Below are positions 26,913 through 35,787 of a DNA stretch of 64,000 bases, piece after piece (within the stretch, counting starts at the first letter, position 1; every line of letters begins with the position of its first letter). The translations under genes and the position numbers were made by a program. The DNA is from SAR202 cluster bacterium bin16 (GTDB taxonomy: Bacteria > Chloroflexota > Dehalococcoidia > Lucifugimonadales > Australimonadaceae), in the NCBI GenBank assembly GCA_002238425.1, contig MPMJ01000007.1:11826-75825 (forward strand), written 5' to 3'. The notes below the pieces were generated by a model that ran no database searches, had not been told where the DNA came from, and saw nothing but the letters and a program-made list of their open reading frames with translations.

Positions 26913-27818
26913 ATGACCGACATAGGCCGTCTCATCACAGCGATGGTCACGCCGTTCGACGCGGCGATGGAGATCGACTACGGGCAGGCGCGGCGGCTCG
27001 CGCAGGCGCTCGTGGCGTCCGGCAGCGACGGCCTCGTCGTGACCGGCACGACCGGCGAGAACCCGTCGCTTGCCCACGAGGAGAACCTGCGCCTCTGGAC
27101 CGAGGTCAAAGAGGCGATCGGCGACTCCGCAACCGTCATCGCAGGCTCCGGCACGAACGGCACCGGCGAGACGATCAAGCTGGCGCAGATGGCGGAGGAG
27201 GCGGGCGCGGACGCGCAACTCCTCGTCGTGCCCTACTACAACAAGCCCACGCAGGAGGGGTTGTACCGCCATTTCAAGGCCATCGCGGAGAGCACCTCCC
27301 TGCCCTGTATCCTCTACAACGTGCCGAGCCGCACCATCGTCAACATGACCGCTGAGACGACCCTGCGCCTCGCGCACGACGTCCCGAACATCGTGGGCAC
27401 GAAGGAGGCGTCGGGCGACCTCGCGCAGATCGGGACCATCATCCGCGACGCGCCGGACGGCTTCCGCGTGTGGAGCGGCAACGACAGCGACACGTTCGGG
27501 GTCGTAAGCCTCGGCGGTTGGGGCGTCGTCAGCGTGGCGTCGCACCTCATAGGGCGGCAGATCAAGCGGCTCATCGAGCTCACCGCGGCAGGCGACCTCG
27601 CGGAAGCGGCGGCGGAGCACAAGCGGCAGTTGCCGATGGCGTCCGGCCTCTTCGTCGTCTCCAACCCGATACCGGTCAAGTACTGCCTGAACAAGGCGGG
27701 ATTCAACGTCGGCGGGCTCCGCTTGCCTCTCGTAGAGGCGGACGACAAGACCGCCGCGTTCCTGGACGGGATGCTGGCGAAGTACGAGATCGACCTGCCA
27801 GTGGGCGCAGCAGCGTAA
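26913..27818 (+). CDS. dapA: 4-hydroxy-tetrahydrodipicolinate synthase
   Basis: 301 aa. ITAMVTPF, VVTGTTGE, YYNKPTQEGLYRHFKAIA, ILYNVPSRT and GTKEASGD, the last containing the Schiff-base lysine. Confidence 0.93.
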   Translation: MTDIGRLITAMVTPFDAAMEIDYGQARRLAQALVASGSDGLVVTGTTGENPSLAHEENLRLWTEVKEAIGDSATVIAGSGTNGTGETIKLAQMAEEAGADAQLLVVPYYNKPTQEGLYRHFKAIAESTSLPCILYNVPSRTIVNMTAETTLRLAHDVPNIVGTKEASGDLAQIGTIIRDAPDGFRVWSGNDSDTFGVVSLGGWGVVSVASHLIGRQIKRLIELTAAGDLAEAAAEHKRQLPMASGLFVVSNPIPVKYCLNKAGFNVGGLRLPLVEADDKTAAFLDGMLAKYEIDLPVGAAA

Positions 27819-27822
27819 CCGA

Positions 27823-28122
27823 TCAGGTCTGCGTCAGCAGCCAGAGCCCGATCGCCAGCAGACCGAACACGATAACTCCGCCGGTGAGGCACTCGGAGCC
27901 TCCCGCGCGGCGGAGCGGGTCACGCGCGATGCGCGTCGTCACGGCAGCAACGACCGCTCCGATGATGCCGAGCCAGAAACCCGCGATAGCGCCGTTGAAC
28001 CCGGCGGTCGCGCGGTCGATGTTGGAGTCCGGGCCCCAGGTCAGGGAGACGACCGCTCCGATGCCGATGCCGAGTGGGACGGCCAGCGCCGTCCAGATGA
28101 TGAGCCGTTTCAGGAAAGCCAT
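27823..28122 (-). CDS. small membrane protein, unknown function
   Basis: 99 aa with three hydrophobic Gly/Ala-rich helices. Convergent with dapA. Confidence 0.45.
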   Translation of the reverse strand: MAFLKRLIIWTALAVPLGIGIGAVVSLTWGPDSNIDRATAGFNGAIAGFWLGIIGAVVAAVTTRIARDPLRRAGGSECLTGGVIVFGLLAIGLWLLTQT

Positions 28123-28158
28123 GGCGCTCGCATCATGTCAGGTCGGGACACCAGGATC

Positions 28159-28572
28159 TCAGGGCTCGACACGCCGAACACCTGGGACCCGGTCGAAGTC
28201 CCTGTCGTAGCTGACTATCTCGGTAACCCCCGCCTGTCCCATGTGCGCCACGGCAAGCGCATCCTCGAAATCGAGGAACGGAGAGGTCGCGTATATGTCC
28301 AGGGCCTGGAGGCAGACCCGCTTCTGCGGGAGCCTGACTCCACGGAGGGTCAATATGGGCAGGAGGCGCTCCCGTATCTCCTCGTGCGTCAATCGGTAAG
28401 ACAGACGAGAGGACGAGAGGACGTATGCCGCTTCAGAGACAACGGATTCGCAGGTGAGTAGCTCTTCCTCTCCCTGCTGCACGCGCTGGAAGAGCCGGTA
28501 GCAGTCTGCCGCCTTGGTCTCGTCGTCCCTGGTCAGGAATCGGAGGACGACGTTCGTATCGAGGAACTTCAT
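28159..28572 (-). CDS. vapC: PIN-domain toxin VapC
   Basis: 137 aa. MKFLDTNVVLRFL...SEAAYVL...EDALAVAH...IVSYDRDF. There is a 4-nt overlap with the upstream antitoxin. Confidence 0.85.
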   Translation of the reverse strand: MKFLDTNVVLRFLTRDDETKAADCYRLFQRVQQGEEELLTCESVVSEAAYVLSSSRLSYRLTHEEIRERLLPILTLRGVRLPQKRVCLQALDIYATSPFLDFEDALAVAHMGQAGVTEIVSYDRDFDRVPGVRRVEP

Positions 28573-28835
28573 GACTGGGCGAGTTCCCGCACGGTCTCCT
28601 CAGCCTTGGCTACCTTGGCTTCACGGATGAGCGCCTCGAAGTCCTCTGGTTTCCGGGATGGCTTCACCGAACCGTACGCCGACTCCAGGCTGAACGCGGC
28701 TGGAGCAAGGGATACCTTCCCGTCCTCGATGGCGAACACGACTCGGTCCCGGGGCTTCAGTCCCAACAGCCGCAGCACCTCGGCGGGAACGGTTACCTGG
28801 CTGCGTTGAGTAAGTTTCGTCGTGATCTGTTTCAT
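28569..28835 (-). CDS. vapB: AbrB/MazE/SpoVT-type antitoxin
   Basis: ORF 28569..28868. I prefer the ATG at 28835 (MKQITTKLTQRSQVTVPAEVLRLLGLKPRDRVVF), which gives a SpoVT-AbrB looped-hinge-helix motif. Confidence 0.8.
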   Translation of the reverse strand: MKQITTKLTQRSQVTVPAEVLRLLGLKPRDRVVFAIEDGKVSLAPAAFSLESAYGSVKPSRKPEDFEALIREAKVAKAEETVRELAQS

Positions 28836-28922
28836 CAGAACAGTTCCAATGATTTGCCCATGCATCAATGATATGCCGAATATACAGTGAGTTACAAGTG
28901 TCTCATTGAGCGGTTCACTTCA

Positions 28923-30362
28923 CTAAGCAGCAGCCGACGCAGTCTCGTGCGCCTCTTCCTCGCTCTGGCCGTCGGCGCGTGCTGCCACGTAGGCGCGCTC
29001 GTAGGCGGTTGCGTACGCCCTGGCGTCCTCTTCCGATGCGCCGTCGAGCCTCTGCCCGGCGTATGCGCTGGCGTAGGCATGCGAGCGCTCCTCGTTCCAG
29101 CTCCGCTCCACGGACCAGTCGTAGTACGCGAGGTAGTACTCCCACGCGTAATCGTAGTAGTCGTCGTCGCCGTACGGGGCGTAGTCGAGCAGGAACGCCT
29201 GGTAGGAGCCGCGCATGTAGGCTTCCGCACGCAGAAAGGCGTCCTGCTCAGGGTAACCCCAGTCCATCTTCGCGTGGGCGTAGAGCTCCGCGAAGTCGAA
29301 CGCCACGTTGTTGGCGTCCAGCCACTGGCTGTTGGTGGCGCGAAGCCATCCCAGCACGTATCCATCAGCGTACGCGTCCGCCCACACGTCGTCCCTGTCC
29401 ACGTCCTCGTACTCGTGCGTCCGGTGTGCGTGCTGGTAGCCCAAGAGGTAGGCCGACGCATACTTGATGCGCAGCTGCACGTCCCGCTGGTCCGATGCAC
29501 GGTACGCCCGGGCGATGATGCTGCCCGCGATGTGGGACTCCTCCTCTGAGAAACCGAAGTACCTGTTCCCTGCGTAGAAGAGGGAGTACTGGTGGGCGGC
29601 GAGCCCCACCTCGTCCGTCTGTGCGAACGCCTTGGCGTAGTCCTCCGCGAGCATCCCCTCGTAGGGGCGTCCTCGAAGTCCTGCGAGCGGCCACCACTTG
29701 CCGACGACGCGGAAAGCCTCGTCCGCAATGCCCAGCGCCTCCACCGGCGACGCGCCATCGGCCAGCGCCTCCTGGAACGGTTCTACATACCGCTGCCTCG
29801 CGTAGGCGTCGTAGTCCGCATAGCGGCCCCGGCCCAGCAATATGTCCTCAGCGGTGATCGCGAAGTAGAGGACCCCGCTCGCGAAAGCGACGGCGTACTC
29901 ATCATCGAGCCCCAGCGACTTCCCGTGGACGAACGCCGCCGCGAACCTGGCAGCGTCCTCCCCCTCCAACCCTTCCGTGCTGGCGTACTCCAGGCCCGGA
30001 GCATACGCAGGGGAGTCGGATGGATCGGGAGTAGGGGTCGGGGTGGGCGCCACGGTTGGCGTCGCCGTCGGCCTTCGCGTGGGGGTTGCAGTGGGAGCAG
30101 GTGTGGCGGTGGGCGCTGGAACAGGCGTTGGGGTTGCCGTCGGCGCCGGGGTTGCGGTTGGGGTCGGCGTAGGCGTGGGAGTCGGGAGCGGCGTAGGTGT
30201 AGGGGCAGGCGGGACCGGCGTCGGAGTTGCCGTCGGTGGGGATGTGGGAGCGGGGGTATCTGCCGGTACGGCCGTTGGCGCCGGGTCGGTAGTGCAGCCT
30301 CCAGCGAGTACGCTCACCACGACTGCTCCCGCAGCCAGCAACGAGACTATGCCTTTCTTCAC
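28923..30362 (-). CDS. putative lipoprotein with ~100-aa Pro/Thr linker and Tyr/Ala/Asp/Glu-rich repeat domain, unknown function
   Basis: 479 aa. Signal peptide MKKGIVSLLAAGAVVVSVLAGGC. The (P/T/A) linker is encoded at about 29990..30290. The C-terminal ~350 aa is rich in AY..AY / EE.A..YA motifs. Confidence 0.6.
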   Translation of the reverse strand: MKKGIVSLLAAGAVVVSVLAGGCTTDPAPTAVPADTPAPTSPPTATPTPVPPAPTPTPLPTPTPTPTPTATPAPTATPTPVPAPTATPAPTATPTRRPTATPTVAPTPTPTPDPSDSPAYAPGLEYASTEGLEGEDAARFAAAFVHGKSLGLDDEYAVAFASGVLYFAITAEDILLGRGRYADYDAYARQRYVEPFQEALADGASPVEALGIADEAFRVVGKWWPLAGLRGRPYEGMLAEDYAKAFAQTDEVGLAAHQYSLFYAGNRYFGFSEEESHIAGSIIARAYRASDQRDVQLRIKYASAYLLGYQHAHRTHEYEDVDRDDVWADAYADGYVLGWLRATNSQWLDANNVAFDFAELYAHAKMDWGYPEQDAFLRAEAYMRGSYQAFLLDYAPYGDDDYYDYAWEYYLAYYDWSVERSWNEERSHAYASAYAGQRLDGASEEDARAYATAYERAYVAARADGQSEEEAHETASAAA

Positions 30363-30557
30363 CGCTCACTCCCACTTGTAGATATACGAGAAGAAACTAT
30401 ACACACGGCTGCCGAGCGTTCAGGCGATATTCGTTATCAGTATGCCGGTCGTCTTTGATACTGGCGCCGCAACGGTGCATCCCCTTGTCCCGGTGACGAG
30501 AAACGGCGCTGCGGTCGAGTCGACCGCAGCGCCGTTCTGCCGTATGCCTGCTGTGGA

Positions 30558-32762
30558 CTACCGGCGTCCAAACTCGCGCGGGCGGCGAGGGCCGCGATCG
30601 CGGTCGCCACCCGGACGGCCACCACGGTCACGCGGGCCGCGATCGCTGCTGCGTCCGTTGGAGCGGCTGGCCACGTCCTCGGGTGAGAGGTTCTCGAGCA
30701 CCGCGCGGCGGGAGAGGTTGACCCGTCCCATGCGGTCGATCTCGACGACCATCACTTCGACCTCGTCGCCCATCTTCACTGCAGCCTCGACAGACTCGAC
30801 GCGGGTGGTGTCGAGTTCGCTGATGTGCACCATGCCTTCCTTGCCCGGAAGGATCTCCACGAACGCGCCGAAGTTCATCAGCCGCGTCACGTGACCGGTG
30901 TACCGCTCGCCGACCTCGATCTCCTTCGTGAGCCCTTCGATCATGCGGATGGCGTGCTCCGCAGCGGCCTGGTCCGACGCGCCGATGGTAACGACGCCGT
31001 CGTTCTCCACGTCGACGGACGCGCCGGTGGTCTCGACGATGCTGCGGATCGTCTTGCCGCCGGGGCCGATGAGCGCGCCGATCTTGTCGACGGGGATGCT
31101 CACCCGGGTCATGCGCGGCGCGTTGGGGTTCAGCTCCGTCCTCGGCTCGGCCAGCGTGCCGAGCATGTGGTTGAGGATGAAGGCGCGCCCGTCCTTCGCC
31201 TGCGCGAGCGCCTGCCGGAATATCTCCTGCGTGATGCCGGAGACCTTGATGTCCATCTGCAGGGCAGTGATGCCCTCCTTCGTGCCCGCGACCTTGAAGT
31301 CCATGTCGCCGAAGAAGTCCTCGACGCCCTGGATGTCCGTGAGCACCTGGAAGTTGCCTTCCTCGTCCGTCATCAGACCCATCGCGACGCCGGAGACGGG
31401 CCGCTTGATGGGCACGCCTGCGTCCATCAGCGCCATCGTGCTGCCGCAGACGCTTCCCATGGACGTGCTGCCGTTCGAGCCGAGCGCCTCCGAGACGACG
31501 CGGAACGCGTACGGGAAGTCTGCATCGTCCGGAATGACGGGCGCGAGCGCCCGCTCAGCGAGCGCGCCGTGACCGATCTCCCGGCGTCCGGTGCCCATGC
31601 GGCGGGCCTCGCCGGTGGAGAACGGAGGGAAGTTGTAGTGGTGGATGTAGCGCTTCGTGTCCTCGGGGCTGAGGCCGTCCAGCTTCTGCGTCATGGACAT
31701 CGAGCCGAGCGTCGCCACCGTGAGGATCTGCGTCTCGCCGCGCTGGAAGAGCGCGGAGCCGTGCGTGCGCGGCAGCAGTCCGACCTCGCTGGAGAGCGGG
31801 CGTACCTCGGTGAGTGCACGCCCGTCCGGGCGCTTGCCCTCCTTGATTACCTTGGCGCGCACCGTCTTCTTCAGCACGTCGTCGAACACCTTTGCGACCG
31901 TCTTGGCATCGTACTGCTCGCTAAGCTGCTCGATGGCCTCGCGCTCGGCCTGCTTGATGCCTTCGTTGCGCTCGCCGCGGCCTTCGCCACGGTCGATGAT
32001 GCTCTCGATCGCCGACTTGGCGATGCGCTCGATGCTCGACACCAGCTCAGGGTCGGCCTGTTCGGCGACCACGACATCGACCTTGGCCTTGCCGGCCTCA
32101 GCCACGATCTTGTCCTGGAGGTCGATGACCTTGACGTTGTTCTCCTGGCCGATGCGGAGCGCTTCGAGGACGATCTCCTCGCTCACTTCCTTCGCTCCGG
32201 CCTCGATCATGATGACGGCGTCGCGGCTGCCCGCGATGGTCAGGTCGAGCTTGCCCTCGGCGAGTTGCTCGAAGGTGGGGTTCACGACGAGTTCGCCGTC
32301 AACGTAGCCCATGCGCGTCGCGGCGACGGGCCCGTTGAACGGGATCTGGGAAACAGAGAGCGCGGCGGAGGCGCCGATGATGCCGAGGATGTCCGGCTGG
32401 TTCACGTGGTCGGCGGAGAGAACGGTCGTGATGATCTGCACCTCGTTCCGCATCCCCTTCGGGAAGCGCGGGCGCAGGGGGCGGTCCGTCAGCCGGGCGG
32501 CGAGCGTCGCCTCGGTGGTCGGGCGTCCCTCGCGGCGGAAGAAGCTTCCGGGGATGCGGCCGACGGCGTAGAGGCGCTCTTCGTATTCGATGGTGAGCGG
32601 GAAGAAGTCCAACCCTTCTCGGACGCCTCCCATCACGGCGGTGACGAGCACGACGGCGTCGCCGTACCGCACGACGGCTGAGCCGTGCGCCTGCTGTGCC
32701 AGCTTGCCCGTCTCTATGGAGAGGGTTCGTCCGGCTAGCTCTATCTCATGGTACGTGGGCAT
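30558..32762 (-). CDS. pnp: polyribonucleotide nucleotidyltransferase (PNPase)
   Basis: ORF 30558..32792. ATG at 32762 (MPTYHEIELAGRTL) with AGGAG upstream. Two RNase PH domains plus KH and S1 (GHVTRLMNFGAFVEILPGKEGMVHISEL), and an RG-rich tail. Confidence 0.95.
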   Translation of the reverse strand: MPTYHEIELAGRTLSIETGKLAQQAHGSAVVRYGDAVVLVTAVMGGVREGLDFFPLTIEYEERLYAVGRIPGSFFRREGRPTTEATLAARLTDRPLRPRFPKGMRNEVQIITTVLSADHVNQPDILGIIGASAALSVSQIPFNGPVAATRMGYVDGELVVNPTFEQLAEGKLDLTIAGSRDAVIMIEAGAKEVSEEIVLEALRIGQENNVKVIDLQDKIVAEAGKAKVDVVVAEQADPELVSSIERIAKSAIESIIDRGEGRGERNEGIKQAEREAIEQLSEQYDAKTVAKVFDDVLKKTVRAKVIKEGKRPDGRALTEVRPLSSEVGLLPRTHGSALFQRGETQILTVATLGSMSMTQKLDGLSPEDTKRYIHHYNFPPFSTGEARRMGTGRREIGHGALAERALAPVIPDDADFPYAFRVVSEALGSNGSTSMGSVCGSTMALMDAGVPIKRPVSGVAMGLMTDEEGNFQVLTDIQGVEDFFGDMDFKVAGTKEGITALQMDIKVSGITQEIFRQALAQAKDGRAFILNHMLGTLAEPRTELNPNAPRMTRVSIPVDKIGALIGPGGKTIRSIVETTGASVDVENDGVVTIGASDQAAAEHAIRMIEGLTKEIEVGERYTGHVTRLMNFGAFVEILPGKEGMVHISELDTTRVESVEAAVKMGDEVEVMVVEIDRMGRVNLSRRAVLENLSPEDVASRSNGRSSDRGPRDRGGRPGGDRDRGPRRPREFGRR

Positions 32763-32841
32763 AAGTAACAACTCCTGTTTTTCGCAGGCCATGCGCGGGG
32801 GAAACTCGAAGCGGGGGCAGGAGTGTCAGCTGGCTTATAGA

Positions 32842-32872
32842 GGAACAGCGCCTCTGGCGAAGCGCTGTTTCC
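32842..32872 (-). promoter_or_regulatory. long hairpin in the rpsO-pnp intergenic leader
   Basis: On the minus strand, GGAAACAGCGC-TTCGCCAGAG-GCGCTGTTCC forms a 10-bp stem with one bulged nucleotide. It sits between the rpsO stop (32882) and the pnp start (32762). Confidence 0.55.
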
Positions 32873-32881
32873 GGGGTCGCG

Positions 32882-33148
32882 TTATCTGCGGAGCCCAAGC
32901 CTGCTGATGACCGTCCGGTATCGTCCTACGTCCTCTCTCGCGAGATATCGCAGGAGACGGCGGCGTTGCCCGACCAACTTCAGAAGACCTCTGCGCGTGG
33001 CGTGGTCTTTGTGGTTCCGGCGGAGGTGATCGGTAAGGCCGCGTATACGCTCGGAGAGAAGCGCTACCTGCACTTCCGTAGAGCCGGTGTCTCCCGGCTT
33101 CGCCTGGTACTCTCCGATGATGCGTTGCTTGGTAGCTGTATCCAGCAT
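32882..33148 (-). CDS. rpsO: 30S ribosomal protein S15
   Basis: 88 aa. [51 protein letters not shown]. Confidence 0.95.
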   Translation of the reverse strand: MLDTATKQRIIGEYQAKPGDTGSTEVQVALLSERIRGLTDHLRRNHKDHATRRGLLKLVGQRRRLLRYLAREDVGRYRTVISRLGLRR

Positions 33149-33201
33149 GTTCCGTCCCGCGGGACCTAAATCGTCTGTCCGCTCTTCTTTGTTCGCCGTT
33201 C

Positions 33202-33229
33202 AGTATACACCATCCCGCTCAGGTGTGAA
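33202..33229 (-). promoter_or_regulatory. putative sigma-70-type promoter of rpsO
   Basis: The minus strand reads TTCACA, a 16-nt spacer, then TATACT, about 55 nt upstream of the rpsO ATG. Confidence 0.45.
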
Positions 33230-33286
33230 GGGACGCGGTCGCCGGCCATGGCCAACAGCAACGGAACCGGCCCGCACGCGCGCACC

Positions 33287-34624
33287 TCATTGCCTCAAAC
33301 GAGGTCCCTGACCCCTGCCGATGCGGTGGATGGCTACGATGAGGTGGCCGCCGACTACAATGACCATATAGCCGAGGACCCACGCCGCGTGCCACGCGTA
33401 TCCCAGGTTCAAGCGGTCCGGCGCCTGTTCTCGGGAGTGGCCCAACGCTGCGAAGTCGATCTCCCAGGACCGCAGCAAGTTGTGGTCGGGCAGAACGCCC
33501 GGAAGGTCTGGTGACACGAATATCGTGAGAACGGTGATAGTTCCCAGGGCCGTCGCAACCGTCCCGGCTGCCATCGTCGTCGAGAGCAGGAACCGCCGGT
33601 CGCGCTCGCTGAGGCTGAGGGCGGGGTCCCGCAGGATCATCAGCATCGTGAACACGGCTCCGAATGCAGGCAGCAGGATTGCGAGCTGCATGGATACCCA
33701 GATATTCGTGGTGACGAGCACGACTGCGTACACGAAGACCACCGGCGGCAGCGTCACCCAGACTGCCCGCTGAAGGGCATGGCTCCCGCCCCTACCGCTC
33801 GTGTACTGCCACTGCCACAGCCGTTGAAACATCCGCGCGGCGATGGATGCGACCACCAGGTTCACGACAAGGGCCAGCATGTAGGGAAGCTGGGTGCCCG
33901 TGAGGCTCCTGATGGCATAGAAATTGTAATGGTCGGTCCGTATCTGGGCGAACTGCAGCAGGGGAGTTGTCAACAGGAAGAACAGCGAGACCCAGAAGAA
34001 CTCTCTCAGCCCGGCGTCGGGGTCCGGGAACAGGAACCCCTGCGCCAGTACGATTCCCAGGACGAAAGCGATGTACACGAAGGGCATCCAGCCGCCGCCC
34101 ATGCCGAAGTACGACAGGGCATATCCACAACCAACGATGCAGATCCCAAGCGGGAGGCTCCTGAACAACCAGAAACGGAGGGCGGCCCTCGGGGCTGGCG
34201 ATGCGCTTGCGGGCATGGGTTCCCTTACGCCGTCCGGAACACTGGGGGCAGGCACGTCACGCGTTGCCGCGGAGGCAGCCTCGTCTCCATCGTCCCCGGA
34301 GACCCGGCGCAGGGCCGCTTGATAGTCCGGCGCAAGCCCCGCCAGCAGTAGCAGGCCGGCTGTCTCTGCCCGTGAGAGGTTGAGGGCTGCTCCAAAGACC
34401 CTCAGGCGCCGGAGCGTGGGACGAGTACCGCCCGACTCCCACCGCGAAACGGTACCGTGGCTGTACCGCTCAGCGTAGTCGCTGTCCACCGCCGCCATTC
34501 GCGCAAGCAACGCTTCCTGCGTGAGCCCCCTCCGGCCATCGCCGGAAAGGAAGGCTTCCCGGTAGGACCTCATCAAGGCCCCTACCTGGACCGCTCTGGC
34601 GCTCTGCACATCCCGTTCGGGCAT
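33287..34624 (-). CDS. XRE-type helix-turn-helix domain fused to a polytopic membrane domain
   Basis: 445 aa. The N-terminus LTQEALLARMAAVDSDYAERYSHGTVSRWESGGTRPTLRRLRVFGAALNL is Cro/C1-like. It is followed by a Pro/Ala linker and about 9 hydrophobic helices. Confidence 0.6.
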   Translation of the reverse strand: MPERDVQSARAVQVGALMRSYREAFLSGDGRRGLTQEALLARMAAVDSDYAERYSHGTVSRWESGGTRPTLRRLRVFGAALNLSRAETAGLLLLAGLAPDYQAALRRVSGDDGDEAASAATRDVPAPSVPDGVREPMPASASPAPRAALRFWLFRSLPLGICIVGCGYALSYFGMGGGWMPFVYIAFVLGIVLAQGFLFPDPDAGLREFFWVSLFFLLTTPLLQFAQIRTDHYNFYAIRSLTGTQLPYMLALVVNLVVASIAARMFQRLWQWQYTSGRGGSHALQRAVWVTLPPVVFVYAVVLVTTNIWVSMQLAILLPAFGAVFTMLMILRDPALSLSERDRRFLLSTTMAAGTVATALGTITVLTIFVSPDLPGVLPDHNLLRSWEIDFAALGHSREQAPDRLNLGYAWHAAWVLGYMVIVVGGHLIVAIHRIGRGQGPRLRQ

Positions 34625-34830
34625 TTCTACGTATCTCGTATCGCCTACCTCAATTGTCGCACAACATGTGAAGAGAGCGTCAAAAAGTGTCCCTGCACAG
34701 ACTTATCGCGGAGCATCGCCTACTGTCGTTCCCAGGGCCACGGAAGGAACGTGCGGTCGGGATGCGTGGTCCGGCCAGCATCGTCCGGGGACCTCATCGA
34801 GCAGTTGGGGGACAGACAGGAGGTGCACCG

Positions 34831-35649
34831 ATGCGTTACTGGAATCTGCTTGCATGGCGTCGCAGCACGATCGCGCTTTCGATCGTTGCAGCGGTAGCCG
34901 CTCTGGCCGCGTTGCTGGCGCTGTCGCCGCCCTTGGCACGGGGCTCGCCCGCGGGCGTCACCCACCAGAACAGCCCGGCAACCATGGCAGAGTGCCGGGA
35001 GGAGATCGACGCCGGACGCGCGGTGGCCTGCACGGCCAACCGCTTCTCGGTCAAGACCATTCGTCGCAACGGTGAATACCAGATCAACTGGAGCGCATGG
35101 GCCGACCAACAGGACAACATCGACCGCTACACCGTCCAGCGGCTCCGGTTCATGTACCGCTACAACTTCACGCGTGACGGGAACCCCGTTGATCACAGCG
35201 ACTACACCGAGCCCAGCGTGAACAGCTGCTGGCCATGGGGTGTGGAGAGGAACCAGCAGCGCGAGGTGACACGCTACGCCTGGTCCTGCAAGGGGATCAC
35301 CAACGTCCGGGAAGACCCCTCCGGTGAGCCGACGTCTGTGGAGCAACTGGAAGCCTACGGAGATTCCTACACGTCGGAACACTACAGCGGCTCACTACTG
35401 GGGCCGGGACGGAACCACGACGTTCCTGTGCAGGCGTTGGAGATCCCCGGCAACCGGGACGAAGCACACCCGGACAACCCTCAGGGCTGGCGAGACCGGC
35501 TGACGGCGCAGCAGGTGGCGGACGGCACAACTGACCTGCTCGCCAGCGAGGTCGAGATGCACCTCTACCTGACCTACGTCCACTACGATGACGGCAGCAT
35601 CTCGCGGCACTACGACCTAGTGGATGGCGGGGCCTTCGCCGACAGGTGA
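34831..35649 (+). CDS. secreted hypothetical protein
   Basis: ORF 34687..35649. ATG at 34831 is preceded by AGGAGG. Signal peptide MRYWNLLAWRRSTIALSIVAAVAALAALLALSPPLARG. No family recognised. Confidence 0.5.
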   Translation: MRYWNLLAWRRSTIALSIVAAVAALAALLALSPPLARGSPAGVTHQNSPATMAECREEIDAGRAVACTANRFSVKTIRRNGEYQINWSAWADQQDNIDRYTVQRLRFMYRYNFTRDGNPVDHSDYTEPSVNSCWPWGVERNQQREVTRYAWSCKGITNVREDPSGEPTSVEQLEAYGDSYTSEHYSGSLLGPGRNHDVPVQALEIPGNRDEAHPDNPQGWRDRLTAQQVADGTTDLLASEVEMHLYLTYVHYDDGSISRHYDLVDGGAFADR

Positions 35650-35787
35650 TCGACGGCTGAAGGAGAGGACAGGCTGGATTCGGGGCTGCCCTTGGCATGG
35701 CTGAGGGCAGCCCTGTTCCCGTCTCGCCCCGCTGCCGCGCCATAGTATGCTTGCCTCGCGATCGCGATCGGCGAGAGGAGGCCAGCC

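Noticed and set aside
29990-30290. A degenerate short tandem repeat in the DNA that might be taken for a CRISPR-like or VNTR array.
   Set aside because: It lies in frame inside a long ORF and simply encodes the (Thr/Ala)-Pro linker of the lipoprotein. It has no repeat-spacer architecture.
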